From a virus (lineage: Duplodnaviria > Caudoviricetes): a stretch of DNA of 51,000 nt. The position numbers and the translations under genes are program-made. The notes beneath the pieces are model-generated. The model ran no database searches, was not told the DNA's origin, and was given only the letters and a program-made list of their open reading frames with translations. The DNA lies in IMG/VR virus record IMGVR_UViG_3300044648_000011, positions 1 to 51,000 of that record; one strand, given 5' to 3'. Of this stretch, positions 1 through 7,393 are shown piece after piece (position 1 is the stretch's first letter; every line of letters begins with the position of its first letter).

Positions 1-852
1 ATCCCGAGACCGGTGGGGGAGGGGTATACCCCCTGGGGGTCCTAGGAGGTCTAAACTCGCAGGTCAAACCATCTTTCCTGTCAAGTCAGAAGGAGATAGC
101 ACGATGCAACTATGCAGGTCAGAGCTGCGTAAGCCCTACCCATACCCGGTACAGCACACACCCATACCTAGCAGGGGTATGCACACCACACCTACCCCCT
201 CTATACCCCCACGCCTACCCCTACTCCCAGGGCACAGCATGACCATGGGGTACGCACACACCACTGCCCTACCTACAGGGACATGCACACCCACATGGGT
301 ACGTATGGCCCCCTGTGTGGCCCTGTATGCGCATGAACATGGGTACTTGGGGTGCTGACACCGGGAAGCCCTGTTGATCTAGTTACAGCCCCTCTCAGAG
401 CTTCACCCTCCCGAGGTCAAATCAGGGCATAGCAAGGCCCCCCTTATTTAACTCATGAGCTATATACGCCTGACCTGCGTGTTTGCACCTAGCGTTTGCA
501 CATGCGACGGCATTTGGGAAACTTCAAGGGTCTGGATCTGCGCAGGTAGAAAGCTTGCTGTTAGGCATCTGTGCAGGTCAGCTAGCTAAGCCCCAGGCAT
601 TGACGCTTGCTACCTTTTTGGTGTCAGGCCAAGCGGGGAACCGCAGAGGCCAGGCACCGAGGACCTACCTGCCAGCGGAGCAGACCTCGGAAGGGCTAGA
701 AGGTCTGAGCCTCCCAGAGAGGCGGATCAGAAGCCCTGCCCAGTACGACACAACTACATCGCTCACGGACCCGGTAAGGCCGTTCAAAGGCTCGGGGACA
801 CCAGGTAAGACCGGCAAAGGCACTGGGAGCACAGAAAATCTTGAAACCGGGG

Positions 853-882
853 TTGACTCGTCGCGCCGGAGTTTGATACGGT
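853..882 (+). promoter_or_regulatory. SigA-type early promoter
   Basis: TTGACT-18 nt-TACGGT with TG extended -10, preceded by GGGG as in the tRNA promoter. Confidence 0.6.
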
Positions 883-1065
883 TACACCAGCAACACGAGG
901 TCAGGAACACCGGATCCACTGGGATTCAGGAACTTGCACCCTCTCGCAGCTTCACCAGTCAACTCAATCTAAGGTGCCTGTTCTACGACAACAGGTGTTC
1001 GGTAGTGGAAGCTAAGGTTGGACGAACCAAAGCTACCGAACGAGGAGAATCTGTTCCTCAAACAA

Positions 1066-1142
1066 GGTCCCTGCCCGGGGCTGATCATGTAAGGCCGATG
1101 TAAAAGGCAGTGATCAGAGCGGTTCGACTCCGTTCGGGACCA
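1066..1142 (+). ncRNA. tRNA-like element 1 (acceptor stem and T-arm; long helix instead of anticodon arm)
   Basis: GGTCCC/GGGACC-A; AGCGG-TTCGACT-CCGTT; CTGATCA/TGATCAG helix; no D-stem. Confidence 0.65.
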
Positions 1143-1170
1143 CGCAATAACGTCAACGAAAGGTTCGATC

Positions 1171-1320
1171 ATGGCTAAGCTGGACAAGGCAGTCAAGGCG
1201 TGGAAGTCGAAGGTCAAGAGCGGTAAGGGCAAGCTTACGGCTGCTCAGGAGGTCAAGACAGAGCAGGGTGTCTCGCTTGCAGACCTTGAGGCAGAGTTGA
1301 AGGCACGCGGTCTCATGTAA
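1171..1320 (+). CDS. small basic hypothetical protein (49 aa)
   Basis: MAKLDKAVKAWKSK...ARGLM, GAAAGG RBS; below ORF-track cutoff. Confidence 0.75.
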   Translation: MAKLDKAVKAWKSKVKSGKGKLTAAQEVKTEQGVSLADLEAELKARGLM

Positions 1321-1376
1321 TTGAGAGGCTTGGAGCAGAGGCAGGCTACGGCCTGCCTCCCATCCTGGAATCTCAA
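1321..1376 (+). other. long intergenic hairpin with cUACGg tetraloop
   Basis: GAGGCAGGC-TACG-GCCTGCCTC, outer TTGAGA/TCTCAA. Confidence 0.6.
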
Positions 1377-1390
1377 CGAAGGAGAAACGC

Positions 1391-1510
1391 ATGAGTAGGG
1401 GTAAGACACACCGCACACGGTACGGCCAGATTCGTACCATTCGGGTCCGTGGTGGCATCGTAACGCTGGACAAGCACAACAACATCCTCCGTTCGAAGTC
1501 CACCCGCTGA
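1391..1510 (+). CDS. small basic hypothetical protein (39 aa)
   Basis: AAGGAG RBS, MSRGKTHRTRYGQIR... Confidence 0.6.
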   Translation: MSRGKTHRTRYGQIRTIRVRGGIVTLDKHNNILRSKSTR

Positions 1511-1521
1511 AAGGTTTGATC

Positions 1522-1773
1522 ATGTTTACCGAAAACCTCATGGCCTTTGACAAGGTCGTAAAGCACCACAACGGCAAGAACATCCAGGCGTTCCAGGGCG
1601 CGGGCTACGTGATCTTCGATCTCGAGTTCCCCACTCGGGAAGACGGGATGCACTTTGGCTTTGCCGTCAACCAAGCGTGGCGCCACATCGTCACTCGAGT
1701 ACAGTACATCACCACATACGATGATGGTGCCGTGCTCTACACGGTGACGGTCGATCTACCCAGAATCGACTAG
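1522..1773 (+). CDS. hypothetical protein
   Basis: ORF with GAAAGG RBS in operon orientation. Confidence 0.7.
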   Translation: MFTENLMAFDKVVKHHNGKNIQAFQGAGYVIFDLEFPTREDGMHFGFAVNQAWRHIVTRVQYITTYDDGAVLYTVTVDLPRID

Positions 1774-1780
1774 CTAGGAT

Positions 1781-1823
1781 GGGTGCGCGGTTCAGCCGTA
1801 GCCGTTCAATCGGCACGCACTCA
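1781..1823 (+). ncRNA. tRNA-like element 2 (43-nt mini-tRNA, no anticodon arm)
   Basis: GGGTGCG/CGCACTC-A closing helix, CGG-TTCAG-CCG hairpin, GCCG-TTCAAT-CGGC T-like arm. Confidence 0.45.
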
Positions 1824-1916
1824 CGCAGAGGACGTAAAGCGGTACCGCCTAGGGTCATACACTCTAGGGTGTCTACGGGCTGCTAACCCGCTACCTAAAC
1901 TTAGAGAGGCTTGATC

Positions 1917-2489
1917 ATGAGGGCACACATGCTTGCGGTAGTCGTTGCTCTTGGCATCTTGGGTTGGTCCGCAGGTTCGATTGCGGACTACCTGACCAGC
2001 GACGCTAAGCCTGCTCCGGTTGTGCAGGAAGTGGTCAAGCATGAACACAAGCACGATGCGGCGCCTACAGCCGAACAGCTCATCCCGGTAATGCCGTCTG
2101 AGTGCAACGCTAAGGCTCTTGCAGACGTTCAGAGCTACCTAGGCCATGTCGACACCATCACATGGATCTGGGCAGATCTGCCGAGCAAGGTGGCAGGCTA
2201 CGCCTACGCAGGTTCCAACACGATCGCGCTTGACGTTGACCTGGAATGTGGTTGGGTGCCTAGCGTCGTCATGCACGAGTGGATGCACATCGCTACGTAC
2301 GGCACGTACGGTGAGTACCCGGCAGGCAAGCAAGGCGGAGAGCTTATCTCCGAGTTGATAGCAGACTGTGGCTCTGAGACGCTTGGTAACAGGTTTGGCT
2401 ACCAGACCTACACCAACTACGCAAACCGTGCGGGTGGATGCACGGACAATATCAACGTGATGGTTAAGCACATCTTGAACACCTACTGA
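1917..2489 (+). CDS. exported or membrane-anchored zinc metallopeptidase-like protein
   Basis: N-terminal hydrophobic segment; VVMHEWMH (HExxH) with downstream ELIAD. Confidence 0.7.
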   Translation: MRAHMLAVVVALGILGWSAGSIADYLTSDAKPAPVVQEVVKHEHKHDAAPTAEQLIPVMPSECNAKALADVQSYLGHVDTITWIWADLPSKVAGYAYAGSNTIALDVDLECGWVPSVVMHEWMHIATYGTYGEYPAGKQGGELISELIADCGSETLGNRFGYQTYTNYANRAGGCTDNINVMVKHILNTY

Positions 2490-2503
2490 GAGAGGCTAGA
2501 CAC

Positions 2504-3784
2504 ATGCTTAAGAAGCACTCCGAACGCACGGTCAGGAAGCCTTGCCAGAAGTGCGGTAGCCGTAATCTGTACTGGGCTCACGACACCGACCGCGAAACCG
2601 GCGAGTGGTGCGCTCGATGCGACTCGAACGGCAAGTTCACGTTCATTAACCCGGACGGCACACGTCACGACTGCCAGAACAAACACGGTGCCAAGCTCGA
2701 CCCGTTCGGTTTCGACCGGAACAAGAACGGTTTGTACGACGAGGTTAACGACCGGCCCGACGACAAACTTCAGATTGAGGGCAGCAAGACCGAACAGCCC
2801 TACAAGATCCACACCATGCAGGATGGTATCGAGATCCCCAAGCCCGGCCCCCGAGTCAAGAAGGATGATGTAAAGGTGAAGACGGACAGCAACCCTGATG
2901 TTCAGGCCGCACTCGGCTTGCTTGCAGAGGCTCTTGGGGGCCCCAAGCTCGATGAGAGCAAGATCGAACAGATGATTCGAGACCAGATCTCGAACGTTGT
3001 CTTCCCGACTCGCACCGTGGTTGAGAAGCTCAACGGGGAGCGTAAGGAACTCGAGGGTTCGACTCACCACAAGCTCGCAGACGTGACCACGGCTCTCATG
3101 GCGGGTGAACACGTGATGATGGTTGGACCGGCCGGAACCGGTAAGTCCACCATCGCAGAGCAGGCCGCAGACGCGCTTAGCCTGCCGTCCTACTCCATTT
3201 CGCTTAGCCCCCAGACGCCCGCATCGCAGCTTCTGGGGTACATGCAGGCGCAAGGCGAGTACGTGCCGAGCTTGTTCCGCAAGGCTTACGAGAACGGTGG
3301 TGTGTTCCACTTCGATGAGATGGACAACGCTCACCCGTCGGTCCTGGCCACGATCAACGCGGCCTTGGCGAACGGGCACATGGCGTTCCCCGATCAGATG
3401 GTGAAGCGCCACGAGAACTTCCGGGCGGTTGCCAGCGCCAACACCTACGGCCGTGGTGCTACTCGCGCCTACGTCGGTCGACAGGCTATCGACGCTGCGA
3501 CGCTCGACCGGTTCTCCATCGAGACCATTGAGGTTGACGAGTCGCTTGAGAACGAGCTGTGCCACTCAATCGACCTCGAAAAGGCTCAGGTCGACCGGGT
3601 CCTGAAGTTCGTGCGCAAGCTCCGTAAGAACGCTGAGACGCACGGTATGACCGTGGTTGTCTCCCCGCGTGCGTCGGTAGGCATGTGCCGTCTCCTGGCC
3701 GCTGGTCGGTCCTGGGAGTCTGCGGTTGAGGCTCGTGTCCGTCGCGGTCTGAGTGACGCTGACTGGAAAAAGCTCAACGGCTAG
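2504..3784 (+). CDS. MoxR/CobS/CbbQ-type AAA+ ATPase with N-terminal Cys-rich (Zn) domain
   Basis: Walker A GPAGTGKS, Walker B FHFDEMD, ASANT, DAATLDRF, SPR; N-terminal CxxC pairs. Confidence 0.9.
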   Translation: MLKKHSERTVRKPCQKCGSRNLYWAHDTDRETGEWCARCDSNGKFTFINPDGTRHDCQNKHGAKLDPFGFDRNKNGLYDEVNDRPDDKLQIEGSKTEQPYKIHTMQDGIEIPKPGPRVKKDDVKVKTDSNPDVQAALGLLAEALGGPKLDESKIEQMIRDQISNVVFPTRTVVEKLNGERKELEGSTHHKLADVTTALMAGEHVMMVGPAGTGKSTIAEQAADALSLPSYSISLSPQTPASQLLGYMQAQGEYVPSLFRKAYENGGVFHFDEMDNAHPSVLATINAALANGHMAFPDQMVKRHENFRAVASANTYGRGATRAYVGRQAIDAATLDRFSIETIEVDESLENELCHSIDLEKAQVDRVLKFVRKLRKNAETHGMTVVVSPRASVGMCRLLAAGRSWESAVEARVRRGLSDADWKKLNG

Positions 3785-3797
3785 AAAGCTTTGGATA

Positions 3798-3875
3798 GGG
3801 CGATAGGCTAGCGGCTATGCCGGTTGGTGGCCTTAGGGTGCACTGACAGACCCCGGTTCGAATCCGGGTCGCCCA
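3798..3875 (+). ncRNA. tRNA-like element 3 (cloverleaf with elongated anticodon arm)
   Basis: GGGCGA/TCGCCC-A; D-arm GGC-TAGCGGCTAT-GCC; GTTGGTG/CACTGAC; CCCGG-TTCGAAT-CCGGG. Confidence 0.75.
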
Positions 3876-3908
3876 CAAGTTAAAATCAATAATGAGAGAG
3901 GCTTGGAT

Positions 3909-4793
3909 ATGCGGATCACACAAGAGGGCAACCACATTCGTCACGACTTCGATTCCATCGCTGAGATAGCGCAGGTTGCGCGTGACTCGAGTGAGCCCGG
4001 TCGTAGTCGTGGCCGGGGTTACGACGGTAAGAAGAGTTGCTATCACGATCTGGACGGGTTCGGCGGTTACGAATTCTTTCACGTTCGCAACCACAAGGAA
4101 CTGAACAACCTTGTCCAGAACGGATGGGAAGAGCACGCCGACAGCACATACCAGGTCGCAGAAGAGACTCTGAAGTCGGTTGCTCGTGAGTACGACATGC
4201 CGTCATTCCAGAGCTATTACGACGTGACCGGGTCAGACGTTGACGTTGACCGGTTCCTGTCTGGTGAGCCTGAGAACATGATCGCTTACCACATGGTGTC
4301 CACTCCTAAGGCTGGACGAGTGATCACGATCGTGTCTAACATCGCTGTGAATGCGATGACGAGTACCAAGAAGATGATCGCCCGGGGTAAGGCTGTAGCC
4401 GCTTTGGTGATGGCCATCGAAAGTCTTGGTCTCCGGACTGAGCTGTTCGTCGAAATGCAGAATGACTGCGGCTACGGATTCAAGAAAGGCAGTTACACCT
4501 TGCGTCAGGTGACCAAGGTCAAGAGTCCTGAAGACACGCTAGACGCATCGCTGATGCTCTTCGGGTTTGCTCATCCCGGGTTCTTCCGTTCGTTGTCTCT
4601 GGGAGCCATGTGGGCGCTTCCCAAGGAGTTGCACGATGACTTTGGGGTTGGCTATGGGCACGGCCACGCCACGAACGACCTGGGTTACGAAGATGCCTAC
4701 CCGGAAGGGACGATTCACATCCCGTCGTCACTGGACATCGACAACCCGCGTGGATTCGTGGTTGAGCATCTTACAGGCTTGGGGATCATCTGA
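3909..4793 (+). CDS. vWA-like partner of the AAA+ ATPase (degenerate MIDAS)
   Basis: GSDVDVDRFLSGEPENM followed by strand-helix VITIVSNIAVN...GKAVAALV; adjacent to MoxR-type ATPase. Confidence 0.6.
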   Translation: MRITQEGNHIRHDFDSIAEIAQVARDSSEPGRSRGRGYDGKKSCYHDLDGFGGYEFFHVRNHKELNNLVQNGWEEHADSTYQVAEETLKSVAREYDMPSFQSYYDVTGSDVDVDRFLSGEPENMIAYHMVSTPKAGRVITIVSNIAVNAMTSTKKMIARGKAVAALVMAIESLGLRTELFVEMQNDCGYGFKKGSYTLRQVTKVKSPEDTLDASLMLFGFAHPGFFRSLSLGAMWALPKELHDDFGVGYGHGHATNDLGYEDAYPEGTIHIPSSLDIDNPRGFVVEHLTGLGII

Positions 4794-4794
4794 A

Positions 4795-5046
4795 ATGAAA
4801 TACACATGCGATGATGTAGTTGTTCTAGATACAACAGTAGAAGATCATGAAAGTGCTCTTCTCATCGAGATTCGTGAGCGATTCTTTGTTGTATCAGTCG
4901 CACACCGATTCGGAAATTGTTACGAAACGTGCGTATACAGATCCGACCCCGACGGTTGTATCGACGATTGGGGCGAAGTTGTCTGCGTACCCGGAATCGA
5001 TCATTACGAAGCAATTGAATGGCTGTTAGAAGAGTTGAATACCTAA
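4795..5046 (+). CDS. hypothetical protein
   Basis: ATG just after upstream stop; YETCVY motif. Confidence 0.7.
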   Translation: MKYTCDDVVVLDTTVEDHESALLIEIRERFFVVSVAHRFGNCYETCVYRSDPDGCIDDWGEVVCVPGIDHYEAIEWLLEELNT

Positions 5047-5235
5047 TACTGAATGGGAACCTAGTGCGTAAACGGATAGGGAGCGCACCGTGCCGCAGGT
5101 GAGGGTTTAGGCGGATTGAATGTGAGACACGGGTATGGTGGTTGTGGAGAGCTTAGGGGATGCGTGTCGCTACCTTAGGTTCAGTGAAGCCCTAGCGGTA
5201 GGAGTCACCACGGAATCTGTGCATTATGTAAGATC

Positions 5236-5308
5236 GGGTGTGTAGCTCAGCGGCAGAGTGCGCCGGTTAGGGCGCGGGTCGAGGGTTCGAGTCCCTCCAC
5301 ATCCACCA
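5236..5308 (+). tRNA. non-canonical tRNA / tRNA-like element 4 (Ala identity, 6-nt anticodon loop, encoded CCA)
   Basis: GGGTGTG/CACATCC-ACCA with G3:U70; canonical D and T arms; GCGCC-GGTTAG-GGCGC. Confidence 0.8.
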
Positions 5309-5401
5309 GGACAGCAAGGTGCAACCTTGACTAATAGACTCGCAACCTATTGGTTCCTGAGTAACCATGGTCGCCGCTGGCGCGTGTGAAAGGGCTGTCC
5401 G
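5309..5401 (+). ncRNA. candidate four-way-junction RNA abutting the CCA of element 4
   Basis: GGACAGC/GCTGTCC closing helix enclosing three hairpins. Confidence 0.5.
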
Positions 5402-5438
5402 TCAAACTACAGATTTGGAATAAATAGAAGGGGTTGAT

Positions 5439-5633
5439 ATGGCAGACCGATTCAAAGTGGTGTGGAATGGCTCGACCAAAAAGTGGGGAGTTTGGGACAA
5501 GAATAAGGGGGCTTACGCATTCGGAACCGAGCAACTGACGGACGGTCCCAAGCATAAGAAGAGGCTACAGAAGCAAGCCGATGACATGAATAGTGAATGG
5601 GAACGCATCAAGCGAGAGAAGAAAGGCAAGTAA
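5439..5633 (+). CDS. hypothetical protein
   Basis: ORF with AAGGGG RBS. Confidence 0.75.
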   Translation: MADRFKVVWNGSTKKWGVWDKNKGAYAFGTEQLTDGPKHKKRLQKQADDMNSEWERIKREKKGK

Positions 5634-5735
5634 CCGGGCTGAGTCTGTCGGAGAGCGGTTGAAACACCCTCTCCGGTAGAGTCTACCCGGCAACGTGCTT
5701 AAGACGCTTAGAAACGAAATGAGAGGCAGGAAAGC

Positions 5736-5945
5736 ATGAGTGAAGCCGAGCATGTCTATCGTGTTATTCGAAACGATGGTCGTACCATCTGGGAGGGAAG
5801 GGGCTCAGACCCGTTCACCCGACGTGCGTCCGCTCGAGCTAGGGCAACCAAGCTCAACAATGAACGAATTCGTTGGGGTGAAGACCATCCCGCCTACAAG
5901 GTTCAGCGTGCGGTAGTCGAGTGGGAGGATGACACGGATGAGTGA
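5736..5945 (+). CDS. hypothetical protein, YRV...VEW paralog 1
   Basis: VYRVIRNDG...KVQRAVVEWED. Confidence 0.8.
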   Translation: MSEAEHVYRVIRNDGRTIWEGRGSDPFTRRASARARATKLNNERIRWGEDHPAYKVQRAVVEWEDDTDE

Positions 5946-6120
5946 ACCTGAGTACGTCTACCGCGTGGTGCAGGATGACGGCACCCCGATTCGTACGGGT
6001 ACATACGCGTCAGCAGGAGGTCGACAACACACCTACCCAAAACAGCACACAGCGGAAATCGTGGCTAAGGCCAAGGGTTGTAAGGTGCAGCGATCACGAG
6101 TAGAGTGGGAGGACGTGTGA
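5938..6120 (+). CDS. hypothetical protein, YRV...VEW paralog 2
   Basis: VYRVVQDDG...KVQRSRVEWED. Confidence 0.8.
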   Translation: MSEPEYVYRVVQDDGTPIRTGTYASAGGRQHTYPKQHTAEIVAKAKGCKVQRSRVEWEDV

Positions 6121-6293
6121 ACGACAGTAAAGGTTTGGACAACCCCATTGAGGTCGAGTACCGCTACCGTGTAGTCTGGGAGGATGGACGAGAGAAGCTG
6201 TACAAATCACTCGAGGCTGCTTCTAAGAAGGTGTACTACCAAGGCGGTACACTTCAGATGGGCCGAATCGAGTGGACTAACGTTCCCCTTTAA
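6117..6293 (+). CDS. hypothetical protein, YRV...IEW paralog 3
   Basis: RYRVVWEDG...LQMGRIEW; GTGA overlap. Confidence 0.75.
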   Translation: MNDSKGLDNPIEVEYRYRVVWEDGREKLYKSLEAASKKVYYQGGTLQMGRIEWTNVPL

Positions 6294-6305
6294 GAAAGGC
6301 TTCGG

Positions 6306-6476
6306 ATGTCTAAGTTGGAATATTACATAACTACAGGCTTGGTGATCTTCTTAATTCTGCTAAGCATCCTTGAGGCTGCGTTTGGTGATTTCACCAGCGC
6401 AACAGCCTTAACAGCGGTGTCTATCGGCATCGCGGCGCATGTCCGAATTGACCTCATCGAGAAAGGGCGCAAGTAA
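6306..6476 (+). CDS. small membrane protein (56 aa)
   Basis: GAAAGG RBS; two hydrophobic stretches. Confidence 0.6.
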   Translation: MSKLEYYITTGLVIFLILLSILEAAFGDFTSATALTAVSIGIAAHVRIDLIEKGRK

Positions 6477-6752
6477 GTGCCTAGTATCAAGGCTATTCCA
6501 CCAGCACACCTAGCCCAGTATCGGGCTACTCGAAAAGACAAAAAGAACATGTCAGCGTCTGCTAAGACGCAATGTGCATGTTCTCGATGCAAAACCTTGT
6601 ACCGTGCCGAGATGTACAGTTCACGATGTGAATCGTATCATGCGGAACGTCGTGCCAAGCAGCAACGTCTGTACGATCAGCTCAAAAAGGACGCTAACGA
6701 AGGTAACAAGGCCGCTTTGAGACTCGTTCAGAAGTGGAAGTGGGAAGAGTAG
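6477..6752 (+). CDS. hypothetical Cys-containing basic protein
   Basis: ORF track; CxCxxC. Confidence 0.6.
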   Translation: MPSIKAIPPAHLAQYRATRKDKKNMSASAKTQCACSRCKTLYRAEMYSSRCESYHAERRAKQQRLYDQLKKDANEGNKAALRLVQKWKWEE

Positions 6753-6846
6753 CTAGTCGCTTAGCTTGGCACCCGAGTGTGCAGAACGTTCGGGTGTCTT
6801 GCTAAGTACTAGGTATAAAGAAAGTCTTGAGAGGAGTAAGAAAGAC

Positions 6847-7314
6847 ATGGATGAGCCGGTATACAACAGTAATTCGGGTTACTTTAGCGACGCGTTTGGT
6901 GAATGGCACATTCTGCTTGATAACGCTTTGAAGCATCTCGTTGATCTGAACTTTGATACCATCATAGGTACCGGCATGTCAGGCACGCTTGTAGTACCTC
7001 GACTCGCTGCTGATCTGGATGTGTATTGGGCGGTAATCCGCAAACCTAACGTTGACTCCCACTCGAGCAAAAGGGTTGAGGGACGCGTAGGTAAGCGTTG
7101 GGTGTTCGTAGACGACTTCGTATCGTCTGGAGCAACCTACCAGCGTGTTCGCAACGCTGTTCAGGATCACAAATACATACCACCTATGGACCAGCCCTGG
7201 GACGGTACGATGCTTACGTTGGGAGATCACACCGAGTTGGTTGGTGTGTACGAATACCAGCACGGTGGTAAGTTCACCCACTGGGGAGACGGTAACTACG
7301 AATATGGCGGATAG
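6847..7314 (+). CDS. type I phosphoribosyltransferase-family protein
   Basis: PRPP loop VFVDDFVSSGAT; IIGTGMSG; GAGGAG RBS before ATG 6847. Confidence 0.85.
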   Translation: MDEPVYNSNSGYFSDAFGEWHILLDNALKHLVDLNFDTIIGTGMSGTLVVPRLAADLDVYWAVIRKPNVDSHSSKRVEGRVGKRWVFVDDFVSSGATYQRVRNAVQDHKYIPPMDQPWDGTMLTLGDHTELVGVYEYQHGGKFTHWGDGNYEYGG

Positions 7315-7327
7315 TCTGTAGAAAGGC

Positions 7328-7356
7328 TTGCGTCGAATGATTCAAGCTGATACGAT
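7328..7356 (+). promoter_or_regulatory. SigA-type promoter
   Basis: TTGCGT-17 nt-TACGAT with TG extended -10. Confidence 0.55.
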
Positions 7357-7393
7357 AGACTTCCAACTTCAATCAACGTGAGGAGAGATTTAC

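Noticed and set aside
1077-1086. GGGGCTGATC, resembling a tmRNA 5' end
   Set aside because: No matching 3' acceptor strand or tag reading frame; it lies inside element 1.
104-1103. ORFs 104-358 and 483-1103
   Set aside because: Low-complexity or unrecognisable translations overlapping promoter, repeat and hairpin sequence; probably non-coding terminal DNA.
2483-3565. Long antisense ORFs (e.g. 2483-3565, 10893-11486)
   Set aside because: Shadow frames of well-supported genes caused by codon bias.
5355-5395. Hammerhead ribozyme (CTGAG...GAAA)
   Set aside because: The core reads CTGAGTA rather than CTGANGA, and the stem arrangement does not fit.
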